Part shown: one piece after another, positions 21,944 to 31,301 of the stretch
How positions within the stretch are numbered: the first letter of the stretch is position 1
Layout: every line of letters starts with the position of its first letter
The notes under the pieces: generated by a model
What the model was told of the DNA's origin: nothing
The model's input: only the letters and a program-made list of their open reading frames with translations
The model's database searches: none
From: an uncultured Nitrospiraceae bacterium
GTDB taxonomy: Bacteria; Nitrospirota; Thermodesulfovibrionia; Thermodesulfovibrionales; Dissulfurispiraceae
Assembly (NCBI GenBank): GCA_947085205.1
Contig: CAMTVO010000037.1
Location: forward strand, 1-61,482
DNA length: 61,482 bases
Direction: 5' to 3'
Program-made: the position numbers and the translations under genes

Positions 21944-23124
21944 TCGTTAATATAGAGAAATGCACCGGATGCGGCCAGTGTATTGATTCATGCCCATTTA
22001 CTTCCATAGAGATAAAAGACGGCAAGGCATTTATCAACGAATACTGCCAGTTTTGCAGGGCGTGTTTGAGCGTATGTCCCGAAGGCGCAATAATAGAGAT
22101 AATGGAAGAGGGCGATGTCAAGGAGACAGACCTTTCTTCATACAAAGGCGTATGGGTCTTTGCAGAGCAGCGCGACGGCAATGTCGCCTCTGTTGCATAT
22201 GAGCTCTTAGGCGCAGGAAGAAAACTTGCAGATGAATTAAAGACCGACCTTTCTGCTGTTTTGTTCGGCGCTATAGAAGATGCAGCAAGAGAGCTTATCA
22301 AATGTGGCGCTGACAAGGTCTATTACTGCAGCAATCCAATCTTCGAAAAGTTCAATGACGAGCCTTATTCACAGCTTCTAACCAGACTGATAAATGAGCA
22401 TAAGCCTGAAATAGTTCTTGCAGGCGCTACGCCGATCGGCCGCTCATTCATTCCGAGGGTTGCGGCAAGGGTAAGGACAGGCCTTACCGCAGACTGCACT
22501 GCATTGGAGATAGATAAGGATACAGGAAATTTTCTTCAGATAAGGCCTGCATTCGGCGGAAATATCATGGCCACCATACTATGTCCGAATCATAGGCCTC
22601 AGATAGCGACAGTAAGACCGAGGGTGATGAAGAGAGGACAATACAATCCCGACAAGAAGGGAGAGATCATCAATGTATCGGCTGAAAATCTCACATGCAG
22701 GACAAGGGTTTTAGAAACAGTTAAAGAGGTCTCTGAATGCATGGTCAATCTTCAGGAGGCTGATTTCATTGTTGCAGGAGGAAGAGGTGTCGGCAAGCCT
22801 GAAGGATTCAAGATGCTCGAAGAACTGGCTGAACTCTTAGGCGGAGCTGTCGGCGCATCGAGGGCTGCTGTTGATGAAGGATGGATTCCTTACAGCCATC
22901 AGGTTGGTCAGACAGGAAAGACGGTCTGCCCTAAGATATATATAGCATGCGGAATATCAGGAGCAGTCCAGCATCTTGTAGGCATGCAGTCATCGGATAT
23001 AATCATCGCCATAAACAAAAACCCTGAAGCGCCGATATTCGATGTGGCAACCTACGGGATAGTCGGAGATGTCTACGAGATTGTTCCGCTCTTGATTAAA
23101 AAACTCAAAGAGGCCAAACAATAA
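21934..23124 (+). CDS. etfA: Electron transfer flavoprotein alpha subunit with N-terminal 2x[4Fe-4S] ferredoxin domain
   Basis: CTGCGQC..CP and CQFCRAC..CP; GLTADCT; QVGQTG; GISGAVQH. Confidence 0.95.
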   Translation: MRIVVNIEKCTGCGQCIDSCPFTSIEIKDGKAFINEYCQFCRACLSVCPEGAIIEIMEEGDVKETDLSSYKGVWVFAEQRDGNVASVAYELLGAGRKLADELKTDLSAVLFGAIEDAARELIKCGADKVYYCSNPIFEKFNDEPYSQLLTRLINEHKPEIVLAGATPIGRSFIPRVAARVRTGLTADCTALEIDKDTGNFLQIRPAFGGNIMATILCPNHRPQIATVRPRVMKRGQYNPDKKGEIINVSAENLTCRTRVLETVKEVSECMVNLQEADFIVAGGRGVGKPEGFKMLEELAELLGGAVGASRAAVDEGWIPYSHQVGQTGKTVCPKIYIACGISGAVQHLVGMQSSDIIIAINKNPEAPIFDVATYGIVGDVYEIVPLLIKKLKEAKQ

Positions 23125-24053
23125 TGAAGACCGCTTTTGTTTTTCCGGGACAGGGATCCCAATCGGTAGGGATGGGCAAAGACCTCTATGACAATTTCGA
23201 TGAGGTAAAAAAGCTCTATAGCGAGGCTTCTGAAGTCCTCGGATACGATATTGCTGATTTGAGTTTCAAAGGCCCTGCCGAAGAATTGAATAAGACATTC
23301 AGGACACAGCCTTGCCTTCTTGCTGCAAGTATTGCTGCATATACTGCGTTAATTTCTCAGAAACACTCCATCACTCCATTAACTGTTGCCGGACACAGCC
23401 TTGGAGAGTATTCAGCCCTCGTTGCAGCAGGAAGTATATCATTTAAAGATGCGCTCAAGATAACAGAGATCAGGGGAAAGATAATGCAGGACGCAGTGCC
23501 TGAAGGCAAAGGCCTTATGGCAGCCATCCTCGGACTGGACAGGAAGAGTGTGGATGAGATTTGTAAGGGCATTAAGACAGGCTATGCATCTCCGGCAAAT
23601 TACAATTGTCCGGGACAGATAGTAATCTCAGGCGAGAAGGCCGCAGTTGAAGAGGCCATGAAAAGGGCAAAAGAATCAGGCGCAAAGAGGGCTGTTCTTC
23701 TTGCTGTGAGTGTTCCATCCCATTGTACGTTAATGGAAGATGCCGGCAGGCAGTTTGAGAAAGAATTAAGAGATATTGAAATAAAGGATGCACAGATACC
23801 ATTTGTTAATAATACAGAGGCAAGGTTTATTTCAAATTCCGGTGAAATAAGGAAATCACTCGTGTTGCAGTTAAGCAAGCCGGTTTTATGGGAGGATTGC
23901 ATAAAGACTATTTCTGCATCAGGCATAGATACATTTATCGAAGTCGGGCCGGGAAAGGTACTTTCAGGATTGATTAAAAGAATAGAGTCTTCTGCGAGAA
24001 TCTTTAATGTGGAAAATATTGAGACTCTCAACAAGGCTGTCTCAGAAATATGA
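23124..24053 (+). CDS. fabD: Malonyl-CoA-ACP transacylase
   Basis: FPGQGSQ, GHSLGEY, EVGPGKVL. Confidence 0.96.
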   Translation: MKTAFVFPGQGSQSVGMGKDLYDNFDEVKKLYSEASEVLGYDIADLSFKGPAEELNKTFRTQPCLLAASIAAYTALISQKHSITPLTVAGHSLGEYSALVAAGSISFKDALKITEIRGKIMQDAVPEGKGLMAAILGLDRKSVDEICKGIKTGYASPANYNCPGQIVISGEKAAVEEAMKRAKESGAKRAVLLAVSVPSHCTLMEDAGRQFEKELRDIEIKDAQIPFVNNTEARFISNSGEIRKSLVLQLSKPVLWEDCIKTISASGIDTFIEVGPGKVLSGLIKRIESSARIFNVENIETLNKAVSEI

Positions 24054-24065
24054 TGAGGTCACGGA

Positions 24066-24299
24066 ATGGTAATAGACTTGAGAGGTTTAAGACATCCTGA
24101 ACATATAAGGGAGTTCAAGAACCATTTTGAAGGTATATGTGCTGTATACGAAGATATTGTCGTGTATATGGATGACAGGAATGATGATATTGCCAAGTTT
24201 GAGATGTACATCCGTTCATGTTACGCCAAGTATGAGGTGCATAAGGAAGATGGTTATTTGAGGATACAAATATCTGAGCCGTTCAGAATATGCGGATAA
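24066..24299 (+). CDS. Small TusA/SirA-like protein lacking the catalytic Cys
   Basis: IDLRGLRHPEH resembles TusA D.RGL.CP.P; size 77 aa; in operon with RBS. Confidence 0.55.
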   Translation: MVIDLRGLRHPEHIREFKNHFEGICAVYEDIVVYMDDRNDDIAKFEMYIRSCYAKYEVHKEDGYLRIQISEPFRICG

Positions 24300-24312
24300 G
24301 AGAGGTATGTGA

Positions 24313-25239
24313 ATGAAGAAGAAGGTTTCTGTAATAGGCGCGGGGAATGTGGGCGCATCCCTTGCACAGATGCTTGTCCAGTCTGGAATTGCTGATGTCG
24401 TGCTTTTTGATATTGCTGACGGAATCCCTCAGGGCAAAGCATTAGACCTTTCTGAGACATGTCCTTTGTGGGGATCGTCATCATCAATTGTCGGCACAAA
24501 TGATTATTCGCATACTGCCGACTCTGAGGTAATTGTCGTTACCGCCGGATTTCCGAGAAAACCGGGAATGAGCAGGGATGACCTTCTTAATGCCAATGCA
24601 AAGGTCGTATCCGAAGTTGTGGAGAATACTTCTAAACTTTCTCCTCAATCGGTGATAATTGTCGTTACAAATCCTATGGATGTAATGGCGCAGGTTAGCC
24701 TGAGGGTATCCGGCTTTGATTCGAGCAGGGTCATGGGAATGGGCGGGGTTCTGGACTCCGCAAGGTTCAGGACATTCGTTGCATGGGAGATGGGCGTATC
24801 TCCTGAAGACGTCGAGGCCCTTGTGCTCGGAGGTCACGGCGACCTCATGGTTCCGATGCCGAGGTTTACGACAATTAAAGGAGTCTCGATAACGGAACTT
24901 ATAAGCAAAGAAAGGATAGATGCGCTTGTAGAAAGGACGAGGCACGGCGGAGCAGAGATTGTCGCGCTTTTAAAAACAGGAAGCGCTTATTACGCTCCTG
25001 CAGCAGCGACATACCAAATGGTGAAGGCGATTCTCTTTGATGAAAAGCGTATGCTTCCATGCGCTGCGTATCTTAACGGCGAATACGGAGCTAACGGCAT
25101 TTATACGGGCGTGCCTGTAATGCTCGGCAGCGGCGGGGTAGAGAAGATTGTGGAGCTTAATTTAAACGAGCAGGAAAAGGCGGATTTCGAAAAATCTGTG
25201 GCAGCAGTAAAATCGCTGGTAGAAAAGTTAAATTTATAA
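24313..25239 (+). CDS. mdh: Malate dehydrogenase (LDH-like)
   Basis: [27 protein letters not shown]. Confidence 0.95.
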   Translation: MKKKVSVIGAGNVGASLAQMLVQSGIADVVLFDIADGIPQGKALDLSETCPLWGSSSSIVGTNDYSHTADSEVIVVTAGFPRKPGMSRDDLLNANAKVVSEVVENTSKLSPQSVIIVVTNPMDVMAQVSLRVSGFDSSRVMGMGGVLDSARFRTFVAWEMGVSPEDVEALVLGGHGDLMVPMPRFTTIKGVSITELISKERIDALVERTRHGGAEIVALLKTGSAYYAPAAATYQMVKAILFDEKRMLPCAAYLNGEYGANGIYTGVPVMLGSGGVEKIVELNLNEQEKADFEKSVAAVKSLVEKLNL

Positions 25240-25252
25240 AGGAGGAATTTCA

Positions 25253-25666
25253 ATGGAAAGGACATTATCGATTATCAAACCCGATGCGGTGAAAAAGAAT
25301 GTGATCGGAGAGATAATCAGCAGGTTCGAAAAGAACGGCCTGAGGATTGCCGCAATGAAGAAAATCCGGATGACAAAGGAAGAGGCAAAGGGCTTTTACA
25401 TTGTTCATAAAGACAGGCCGTTTTATGACAGCCTTACGGATTTCATGTCTGAAGGGCCAATAGTTGTCATGGTTCTCGAGGGAGAGAATGCTATTGCAAA
25501 GAACAGGGAGATTATGGGAGCAACAAATCCTGCAAATGCAGCGCCCGGAACGATCAGAAAGGACTTTGCAGAGAATGTGGAAAGGAATGCCGTGCACGGC
25601 TCGGATTCCCCCGAAACAGCAGTATTCGAAATAGGATATTTCTTTTCGGCATTAGAGATACTGTAA
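25253..25666 (+). CDS. ndk: Nucleoside diphosphate kinase
   Basis: [19 protein letters not shown]. Confidence 0.98.
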   Translation: MERTLSIIKPDAVKKNVIGEIISRFEKNGLRIAAMKKIRMTKEEAKGFYIVHKDRPFYDSLTDFMSEGPIVVMVLEGENAIAKNREIMGATNPANAAPGTIRKDFAENVERNAVHGSDSPETAVFEIGYFFSALEIL

Positions 25667-27129
25667 TGGCATATAAGGATTTGCGTGAATTCATTGCAGC
25701 GCTCGAAAAAAAAGGTCTCCTTCACAGGATAAAAGTTGAGGTAGACCCTATTCTCGAAATCACCGAGATTACGGACAGGATGTGCAAAAGCCCTGACGGC
25801 GGTAAGGCCTTATTTTTTGAAAAGGTCAAAGGCTCGCAGTATCCTGTTGTTACAAACATCTTCGGCTCTTTTGAGAGGATGAGCCTCTCGCTTGAGATTA
25901 ACGGGCTTGACGATATTGCGGCGCGCATTAATGAATTGCTCAATCAGGCTCCGCCAAAGACATTGATGGAAAAACTGGCGATGCTCCCCAAACTTTTTGA
26001 GATTTCAAGATGCCTGCCTAAAACAGTTAAAAATGCTTCATGTCAGGAGGTTATCGAAAAGGACAATCCCGATCTAAGCAAATTCCCTGTTATCAAATGC
26101 TGGCCGGGCGACGGACAGCCTACTGATGAGGGCAGGTTTATTACCCTGCCGATGGTCTTCACAAAAGACCCGGAAACTGGCAGGCAGAACTGCGGCATGT
26201 ACAGGATTCACATTTATGATAAAACCACAACAGGCATGCATTGGCATATCCACAAAGACGGAGCAAGGCATTACGATAAATACAAAAAGCTCAACAAACG
26301 GATGCCTGCCGCTATCGCAGTCGGCAGCGACCCTGCAGTTATATACGCATCAAGCGCTCCTCTTCCAGAGGCAATAGACGAAATGCTTTTCGCAGGATTT
26401 TTGAGGAAAGAGCCTGTGGAAATGGTTAAGTGCATTACTTCTGATATAGAAGTCCCTGCAAACAGCGAGCTTGTGATTGAGGGCTATATTGAACCGGGCG
26501 AGACGCGCAGTGAAGGACCGTTTGGAGACCACACAGGCTTTTACTCTGCTGCCGATTACTATCCTGTATTTCATGTCACCTGTATAACCCACCGAAAAGA
26601 TATGATATATCCTGCAACTATTGTTGGAAAGCCTCCTATGGAAGACTGCTATATGGGGAAGGCTACGGAGCGTATATTCCTGCCGTTGATAAGACTCGAA
26701 TTCCCTGAAATAAAGGACATGAACCTGCCTATGGAGGGCGTGTTCCATAACTGCGCGCTGTTGTCCATTAAAAAGAGCTATCCCGGCCACGCCAAAAAGA
26801 TCATTCACGGATTATGGGGCAAGGGCCAGATGATGTTCGCTAAGCTGCTAATCGTAGTCGATGATGATGTCGATGTTCAGAATATCTCATATACTGCGTG
26901 GCGGGTTTTGAATAATGTTGACTGGAAGAGAGACGTCGTGATTGCCGAAGGCCCGCTCGACGACCTCGACCATGCCGCAAAATTTCCAAGATACGGCTCA
27001 AAAATGGGTATAGACGCTACAAGAAAGACAAGGGAAGAGGGTATGATGCGCGACTGGCCTGATGAGATATTTATGTCCGAAGAAATAAAAAAGCTTGTTG
27101 ACAGAAGATGGAAGGAGTACGGATTTTAG
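25666..27129 (+). CDS. UbiD-family decarboxylase (menaquinone/futalosine-pathway type)
   Basis: EGPFGDHTG, GKPPMED, GIDAT. Confidence 0.9.
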   Translation: MAYKDLREFIAALEKKGLLHRIKVEVDPILEITEITDRMCKSPDGGKALFFEKVKGSQYPVVTNIFGSFERMSLSLEINGLDDIAARINELLNQAPPKTLMEKLAMLPKLFEISRCLPKTVKNASCQEVIEKDNPDLSKFPVIKCWPGDGQPTDEGRFITLPMVFTKDPETGRQNCGMYRIHIYDKTTTGMHWHIHKDGARHYDKYKKLNKRMPAAIAVGSDPAVIYASSAPLPEAIDEMLFAGFLRKEPVEMVKCITSDIEVPANSELVIEGYIEPGETRSEGPFGDHTGFYSAADYYPVFHVTCITHRKDMIYPATIVGKPPMEDCYMGKATERIFLPLIRLEFPEIKDMNLPMEGVFHNCALLSIKKSYPGHAKKIIHGLWGKGQMMFAKLLIVVDDDVDVQNISYTAWRVLNNVDWKRDVVIAEGPLDDLDHAAKFPRYGSKMGIDATRKTREEGMMRDWPDEIFMSEEIKKLVDRRWKEYGF

Positions 27130-27152
27130 CATTTGTCAGTAATGATCAGATT

Positions 27153-27647
27153 ATGAAAAAGCAATTACGCAATAAAACAAGAGTCTCACCATATATTACA
27201 CCTGAAGGGCAAAAGCGTTTAAGTGAGGAACTGTCATATCTGTGGAAGGTTAAACGCCCCCAGGTTACTCAGGCTGTTGCCGAGGCTGCTGCTATGGGGG
27301 ATCGTTCTGAGAACGCAGAGTATATTTATGGTAAAAAACAGTTAAGGCAGATTGATTCCCGTATTCGTTTTCTTACAAAGAGATTGAGCGAGTTGATTGT
27401 AGTGGATAGGATACCTGATGATACTTCAAAGGTATTTTTTGGTGCATGGGTTGAAGTCGAGGATACTAATTGGAACGTGTACAGGTATCGCATTGTCGGT
27501 CCTGATGAATTTGATCCTGACAAGGGTTTTATCAGTATTGATTCACCTATGGCTAAAGCATTGTTACGCAGGACAGAGGGGGACGAAGTTGTTGTGAGCA
27601 GACCTAACGGTACTGCTGTTTTCGTTGTGACATCTATCCATTATTAA
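27153..27647 (+). CDS. greB: Transcription elongation factor GreB
   Basis: YITPEG, GDRSENAEYIYGKK.LR.ID.R.RFL, ISIDSPMA. Confidence 0.92.
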   Translation: MKKQLRNKTRVSPYITPEGQKRLSEELSYLWKVKRPQVTQAVAEAAAMGDRSENAEYIYGKKQLRQIDSRIRFLTKRLSELIVVDRIPDDTSKVFFGAWVEVEDTNWNVYRYRIVGPDEFDPDKGFISIDSPMAKALLRRTEGDEVVVSRPNGTAVFVVTSIHY

Positions 27648-27737
27648 CCCGAAAAATGCAATTAACATTCTGAATATCCATAGTATTGGCAGGGCATGGG
27701 CGGATAAAAGGCTTTACCATCACCACCTTTCAGGTTT

Positions 27738-28157
27738 TTAAGATTGGACAATCCTGTAGCTGAAGCTTATCTTCGCCGTCCCTTCAAGGGTTGCTTTAAC
27801 GGAGCAGTATTTCTCCATTGACAGCTCGACTGCCCTTTTTACAGCCTCTTCGGATAAGTCCTTGCCGCTGACGATGAATTCTATCTCGATTTCTGTGAAT
27901 TTTTTCGGATAGGAATCAGCCTTTTCGCCTTTTACGTTTATGTCGATTCCTGTTACCTGCTGTTTCTTTTTCTGTAAGATTGAAGCTACGTCCATACCGG
28001 AGCATCCGCCGAGACCCACAAGGAGAAGCTCCATAGGCCTCATTCCGGTGTTATTACCGCCTACTTCTTTATCGCCGTCCATCACAACGGCATGGCCTGT
28101 TCCTGTCTCTCCTACGAACTGAAGACCGTTAACCCATTTTACTTTTGCCTGAAGCAT
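27738..28157 (-). CDS. OsmC/YhfA-family protein
   Basis: RPMELLL..LGGCSGMD, KYCSV. Confidence 0.9.
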   Translation of the reverse strand: MLQAKVKWVNGLQFVGETGTGHAVVMDGDKEVGGNNTGMRPMELLLVGLGGCSGMDVASILQKKKQQVTGIDINVKGEKADSYPKKFTEIEIEFIVSGKDLSEEAVKRAVELSMEKYCSVKATLEGTAKISFSYRIVQS

Positions 28158-28167
28158 AAAAACCTCC

Positions 28168-28950
28168 TTACGGATTTGTTAATTGCAGTCTCTGTATTGC
28201 TGTGGCTTTGCCGCTTTTTCCGTCTATTTCTACAATCACAGCAGACAACAATGTCTTTCCTCCTGCAACTTCATATTTCCTCGGCATCTGTGAGAGAAAT
28301 CTCTCTACTATCTGCTCCTTCTCTATGCCTATAACAGAGGTTTGCGGTCCTGTCATGCCTACATCTGTAATATAGGCTGTTCCTCCAGGCAGTATTTTTT
28401 CATCCGCTGTCTGCACATGGGTGTGTGTTCCTATAACTGCACTCACCATCCCGTCCATATAATATCCAAATGCTATTTTTTCTGATGTCGCCTCTGCATG
28501 AAAATCGATTATGATTATATTTGTGGTCTCTTGCAGCTTTTCCACCTCGGCTTTGCCGACCCTGAAAGGACAGTCGAGCGTGTTCATGAATACTCTTCCC
28601 GAAACATTCATTACGGCTATTTTCTCTTTGTTGGGGAGAGTGAAAATGATGCTTCCGGCGCCTGGAGTATTTGGAGGGAAATTTATGGGTCTTAATATCC
28701 TGTTTTCCTTCGATATGTATGGAACTGTCTCTTTTTTGTCCCAGACATGATTCCCGGTAGTGATTATATGCACTCCGGAATCGAAAATCTCGGATGCGGT
28801 TTTTTCGGTTATGCCGAAACCGCCTGCTGCATTCTCACCGTTGGCAATAACGAAATCTATCTTGTACCTGTCTGTGAGATTGGGCAGGAGGTTTTTCACC
28901 GCCTGCCTTCCGGTCTTTCCGACTATGTCACCGATAAGTAAAACTTTCAT
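28168..28950 (-). CDS. ymdB: YmdB/TIGR00282 metallophosphoesterase
   Basis: GDIVG, NGENAAGG, GNH, DFHAEATSEK, GTHTHVQTAD; downstream of rny. Start at MKVLLIGD. Confidence 0.93.
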   Translation of the reverse strand: MKVLLIGDIVGKTGRQAVKNLLPNLTDRYKIDFVIANGENAAGGFGITEKTASEIFDSGVHIITTGNHVWDKKETVPYISKENRILRPINFPPNTPGAGSIIFTLPNKEKIAVMNVSGRVFMNTLDCPFRVGKAEVEKLQETTNIIIIDFHAEATSEKIAFGYYMDGMVSAVIGTHTHVQTADEKILPGGTAYITDVGMTGPQTSVIGIEKEQIVERFLSQMPRKYEVAGGKTLLSAVIVEIDGKSGKATAIQRLQLTNP

Positions 28951-28963
28951 AATTAAAAGGCAA

Positions 28964-29100
28964 TTGAGGCTCTTGCAAAAGTCATAAAAAGAGAAGAGTT
29001 TGTCATTCCCACGAAAGTGGGAATCCAGTCTTTTCAATATGTTGCAAAAATTTCTGGATTCCCGTTTGCACGGGAATGACGACTTTTGCAAGAGTCTCAA
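28964..29100. mobile_element. MITE-like element with 20-bp terminal inverted repeats enclosing two ATTCCC-N8-GGGAAT palindromes
   Basis: TTGAGGCTCTTGCAAAAGTC ... GACTTTTGCAAGAGTCTCAA (19/20); inner palindromes at 29005-29024 and 29058-29077. Confidence 0.7.
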
Positions 29101-29162
29101 CTGGCAATAATTTAGAAACCTTTTGCTTTTTTTCTCTCGTCTCTCGCCTATAGCCAATAGCC

Positions 29163-30728
29163 TTATTTCGCATAATCAACGTGTCTCGACTCTCTTATTA
29201 CTGCAACTTTTATCTGTCCCGGATATGTCATCTCTGATTCTATTTTCCTTGCAAGATCTTTTGATATTACGGAGCACATATCATCGCTGACATCTTCGGG
29301 CTTTACAATGATTCTTATTTCCCTTCCTGCCTGAATTGCGTAGCATTTATCAACGCCATTAAAGGACATTGCGAGTTCTTCGAGTTTTGCAAGCCGCTTC
29401 AGGTAATTTTCTATGCTTTCCCTTCTCACGCCCGGCCTTGCTGCCGAAAGTGCATCGCCTGCCGCAACAAGGGCAGACTCAACGCATATAGGGTCTACCT
29501 CTCCGTGATGGGCGAGGACAGCGTTTATTACATAGTCGTTTTCGCCGTATTTTTTGGTAAGGGTTGCCCCAATCTCCTGATGCGAACCTTCCATTTCGTG
29601 GTCAACAGCCTTGCCTATGTCATGCAGCAATCCGGCTCTCTTTGCAAGCTTTACATCGACGCCAAGCTCTCCTGCCATCATGCCTGCAAGGTATGCAACT
29701 TCTTTTGAGTGCTGAAGTATGTTCTGGCCGTACGATGACCTGTACTTCAATCTTCCTATGGTCTTTATAAGCTCCGGATGTATTCCAGATATTCCGAGGT
29801 CAAAGACAGCCTTTTCGCCTTCTTCCCTGATTGTTGTATCGACTTCCTTTTTCACCTTCTCGACTACTTCCTCTATTCTTGTTGGATGAATCCTGCCGTC
29901 TGCTATAAGCCTTTCGAGGGCTATCCTTGCAACCTCTCTTCTGACAGGGTCGTGGGCTGAAAGAGTCACGAGCTCCGGCGTATCGTCAACAACGAGGTCA
30001 ACGCCGGTTGCTGCCTCAAATGACCTGATATTTCGTCCTTCCCTGCCGATAATCCTTCCCTTCATCTCGTCGCTCGGCAGACTGACAGCAGATACAGTTG
30101 CATCAGCTACATAATCGCTCGAATATCTCTGTATGGCAAAGCTGATGATTTCTTTTGCCTTTTTCTCTGCATATTCTTTAGCCTCATCCTCAATTTTCTT
30201 TGCGAGTTTTGCTGCCTCAAATCTTGCATCTTCTTCCACGCGTTTAAACAGTTCCTGCCTTGCCTCTTCTGAGGTAGTTCCGGACAAACGCTCCAGTATA
30301 AGGGTTTGCTCTTTTATAAGATGAGAGTAATGGCTTTCCTTTTCCACCAATGAGCGTTCCCTTGAATGGCACTCCCTATCTCGTCTGTTGAATTCATGCT
30401 CTTTTCTTTCAATCTGGTCTAATTTCTTCTCTAATTGCTCCTCTTTTTGCCGCAGTCTCTTATCGAGCTGGTTAAGCTCTCTTGTCCTTTCCCGTATCTC
30501 TCTTTCCACCTCGACCTTTGCCTGATATGAGAGATCTTTTGCATGAATGACCGCCTCTTTCTTTATGGCTTCCGCCTCTCGTTTGGCATCTTCGAGCAGA
30601 CGCCTCTGTTCCTTTTCAAAAGCCTCTTTTTGTGATTTGAGGGTGTTTTTGTAAATCAGCGAGAGGACCAGTCCGGTTACGGCACCGACAGCAACAGCAA
30701 TCAGGATTAACATTAAGCTATTGTCCAT
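29163..30728 (-). CDS. rny: Ribonuclease Y
   Basis: N-terminal TM, coiled coil, KH domain ([12 protein letters not shown]), HD domain (LLHDIGK), SAARPG. Confidence 0.97.
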   Translation of the reverse strand: MDNSLMLILIAVAVGAVTGLVLSLIYKNTLKSQKEAFEKEQRRLLEDAKREAEAIKKEAVIHAKDLSYQAKVEVEREIRERTRELNQLDKRLRQKEEQLEKKLDQIERKEHEFNRRDRECHSRERSLVEKESHYSHLIKEQTLILERLSGTTSEEARQELFKRVEEDARFEAAKLAKKIEDEAKEYAEKKAKEIISFAIQRYSSDYVADATVSAVSLPSDEMKGRIIGREGRNIRSFEAATGVDLVVDDTPELVTLSAHDPVRREVARIALERLIADGRIHPTRIEEVVEKVKKEVDTTIREEGEKAVFDLGISGIHPELIKTIGRLKYRSSYGQNILQHSKEVAYLAGMMAGELGVDVKLAKRAGLLHDIGKAVDHEMEGSHQEIGATLTKKYGENDYVINAVLAHHGEVDPICVESALVAAGDALSAARPGVRRESIENYLKRLAKLEELAMSFNGVDKCYAIQAGREIRIIVKPEDVSDDMCSVISKDLARKIESEMTYPGQIKVAVIRESRHVDYAK

Positions 30729-30825
30729 GGGTAATCCCCCTCCTATGTTCTGTTATTGTTACCGGTTATTCGTTAATCAGCCGCTTGTTTGGATGCGCTA
30801 ATAACGATTAACCGGTAACTGTTTC

Positions 30826-31038
30826 TGATGACAACGATGAATAGGCAATTAAATGGTAAGAATTGAGACTTTTAAGACCCTAAAAGAAGCAGGACAAGAC
30901 CATGCATTTCGTGTTCTCTATGCAAATGGTTCTGAAAACCGTACATTTCGAAACTGGTCGAAACTGTTTACATCAGCCTTTTTCAAGTCCTAACTCCTTT
31001 ATTTTTATACGTTAATTGCAACTATCCGGTCGTCATCA
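30826..31038 (-). ncRNA. Candidate structured RNA (long irregular hairpin, possibly 6S-like paralogue)
   Basis: Ends pair in nested fashion on the minus strand with G-U pairs: GAUGACGAC/GUUGUCAUC, GGAUAG/CUAUUC, GCAAUUAA/UUAAUUGC, UUAGGACUU/GGGUCUUAA. Confidence 0.4.
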
Positions 31039-31044
31039 AATTAA

Positions 31045-31227
31045 ACCCGCCCTGCCGTGTAAGCGAAAATTAGATCCCTGTTTCTACAGGTGGGCGCCTT
31101 GAAGATAACTTAGACTTCCTCTCTTCCCATTTCTGAGGGAGGCCTGCACACCGTTTACCTTACTCCGGCTCCCAAAATATCTAATTTGCGGGATCAACAC
31201 TTTCACCTAACCACAAACAGGGCAGGT
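31045..31227 (-). ncRNA. ssrS: 6S RNA
   Basis: ~183 nt; closing stem ACCTGCCCTG/CAGGGCGGGT; GGGAGCCG and GCGCCCACCTG motifs; upstream of rny. Confidence 0.8.
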
Positions 31228-31301
31228 AAATCATCCTAAGTATTTATACCAGAAAACCGGAAAGATAAGCAACTAAAATGTTGCGATGGTATAATGTAAC
31301 G

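Noticed and set aside
28951..29157. 68-aa N-terminal extension of YmdB in the ORF track
   Set aside because: It is read-through of the MITE-like palindrome and heptamer repeats; the family starts at MKVLLIGD (28950).
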